Of a stretch of 64,000 nucleotides of DNA, positions 62,448 to 64,000 are shown piece by piece; position 1 is the stretch's first letter, and every line of letters starts with the position of its first letter. The translations under genes and the position numbers were made by a program. The notes beneath the pieces were generated by a model. The model was given only the letters and a program-made list of their open reading frames with translations. It was not told the DNA's origin and did not search any database. Source of the DNA: Malacoraja senta (lineage: Eukaryota); contig CM075999.1 of the NCBI GenBank assembly GCA_038087875.1, positions 870,001 through 934,000 of the forward strand, given 5' to 3'.

Positions 62448-63713
62448 ATGCGCGGAACCTCTCAGCTGGGAGAGATGTTGCAGCAGGTCCAAAGAACTCC
62501 GGCCTATTCTGTAGGGAAGCACAAGGAATCTCAATCGACATTGTCCAAAGGGATGGGCAAGGAGGTAAAGCCGAAATCAGTGGTTAAACCGCATGTGAAG
62601 GTGAACTCAGATTGTCCCATCGTACGGACTGGGGCACTGGTGATTGACATGGGGTCAGGCAGTTGCAAGGTGGGGTATGCGGGCCAACCCAGGCCGGACT
62701 CCGTGGTGGCATCCGTAACGGGATACCCAAGATGGAAGAACAAGCAACGCATTACTGTGGGCAAGACGGTCTCAACCGAACCAGATCTCGTACTGGTCCA
62801 ACCAACCCACCACAGTATCATCGTGGACTGGACGGCGGCGGAGGATCTCCTCCGCCACGTGTTTTATGAGGATCTGAAGGTTTCTCCAGAGGAGCACGCC
62901 ATCCTGATCTCCGACCCTCCTCTCAGTCCCACCACGAACAGGGAGAAGATAGCAGAATTTCTATTCGAGTCTTTCAATGTCCCCGCCATGCACGTCTCTT
63001 ACCAGTCTGTGCTGGCGGTGTATTCCTACGGGAAGACCTCGGGGCTGGTAGTGGACTCTGGAGACCGCGTGACCCAAGCTGTCCCGGTTCTCGACGGATA
63101 CAACATGCCAGATGCGATCAGTCGGATCGATCTGGGAGGCCACGATCTCACCACTTATCTGATAAAGTTGCTGGGGGAGGCGGGCAACGCGTTTCACGAG
63201 AAGTGCAGATACATAGTGGAGGACATAAAGCAGAAATGTTGCCACGTCACTCCTGATTGTCAAAACGAGACGAAACAGTCCAATCAACAACATTTTGTGG
63301 ACTATGAGCTACCAGATGGCCATATTATCACCATTGGGAAAGAGAGATTTATGTGTCCCGAAGCTCTGTTCAACCCAACACTCATGGAGACAAACCAGGA
63401 CGGCATCCACACAGCCACGAATACAAGTCTGCGAAGGATCCCACCCCAGGTTAGACACATCATGTACAACAACGTCCTGCTATGCGGGGGCTCGACATTA
63501 TTCGATGGCTTTAACTTACGTTTTTGCAAAGAGCTGTATGCCCTGTCACCCCATGGCTGCAAGCCCAAAATTCACGCTGTCCCGGAGAGGAAGTACGCCG
63601 TCTGGATTGGTGGTTCCATTTTGGCCTCACTCCATGCCTTCCAGTCGATGTGGATCCGTCGAGAAGATTACGAAGACCAAGGTCCAAACATTGTGTATCA
63701 CATGTGCTACTGA
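62448..63713 (+). CDS. actl9: Intronless actin-related protein, ACTL9-like (ACTL7/ACTL9 testis group), 421 aa from the first in-frame ATG
   Basis: Uninterrupted actin fold with basic N-terminal extension: TGALVIDMGSGSCKVGYAGQ, SDPPLSPTTNREK, YELPDG, LCGGSTLF, VWIGGSILASL, C-terminus QGPNIVYHMCY. ATTAAA 63743 and AATAAA 63785. Orthology to ACTL9 is from recalled motif similarity. Confidence 0.85.
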   Translation: MRGTSQLGEMLQQVQRTPAYSVGKHKESQSTLSKGMGKEVKPKSVVKPHVKVNSDCPIVRTGALVIDMGSGSCKVGYAGQPRPDSVVASVTGYPRWKNKQRITVGKTVSTEPDLVLVQPTHHSIIVDWTAAEDLLRHVFYEDLKVSPEEHAILISDPPLSPTTNREKIAEFLFESFNVPAMHVSYQSVLAVYSYGKTSGLVVDSGDRVTQAVPVLDGYNMPDAISRIDLGGHDLTTYLIKLLGEAGNAFHEKCRYIVEDIKQKCCHVTPDCQNETKQSNQQHFVDYELPDGHIITIGKERFMCPEALFNPTLMETNQDGIHTATNTSLRRIPPQVRHIMYNNVLLCGGSTLFDGFNLRFCKELYALSPHGCKPKIHAVPERKYAVWIGGSILASLHAFQSMWIRREDYEDQGPNIVYHMCY

Positions 63714-64000
63714 GATCAGAGTTTTATTTTGTCCTAGAGATTATTAAACGTTTACTTGAAAATGTCATTTTATATAAAGATGATAATAAAAGATTGATAT
63801 ATCGAATTTATTTTTTCTATTATTAATTTCTTCAACCATATTCCTCAGAAGATTCTTGTTAAGTTCGTTATTTAGATTACATAATTATTCTAATATTTAA
63901 TTACTTATTTTTAGGATATTCAAGAAATGCATGCTTTTAAAAATAATCAATAATAGTTAAACTTTTTGTTCAACTTTGGAATTTTAAAGGCTCTGATTGG

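Overview
Repeat-dense vertebrate genomic DNA. HE1-type V-SINEs, CR1/HER1-type LINEs and Penelope elements point to an elasmobranch (skate/ray/shark); this is inferred. The centre is a full-length, decayed class I (gamma/epsilon-like, fish-type) endogenous retrovirus at 35413-54844. It has 1.17-kb LTRs (~98% identical by manual count), a CTCT target-site duplication, a tRNA-Ser PBS and gag-TAG-pol-env order. Its Pol carries an extra 2H-phosphoesterase-like domain (HCT...HVT) between protease and RT, the most interesting signal here. The provirus sits in a Penelope fragment and holds an L1 fragment in its leader and a CR1 LINE splitting env. The CR1 in turn contains a complete DIRS tyrosine-recombinase retrotransposon, giving four nesting levels. 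Also present: a Ty3/Gypsy chromovirus remnant, four PIF/Harbinger-type MITEs, a non-autonomous Helitron, a hAT transposase remnant, Penelope ends with minimal hammerhead-ribozyme motifs, and local templated duplications. One intact host gene is visible, an intronless ACTL9-like actin-related gene (62448-63713). Boundaries of old repeats are approximate; all family calls rest on motif recognition, not database searches.
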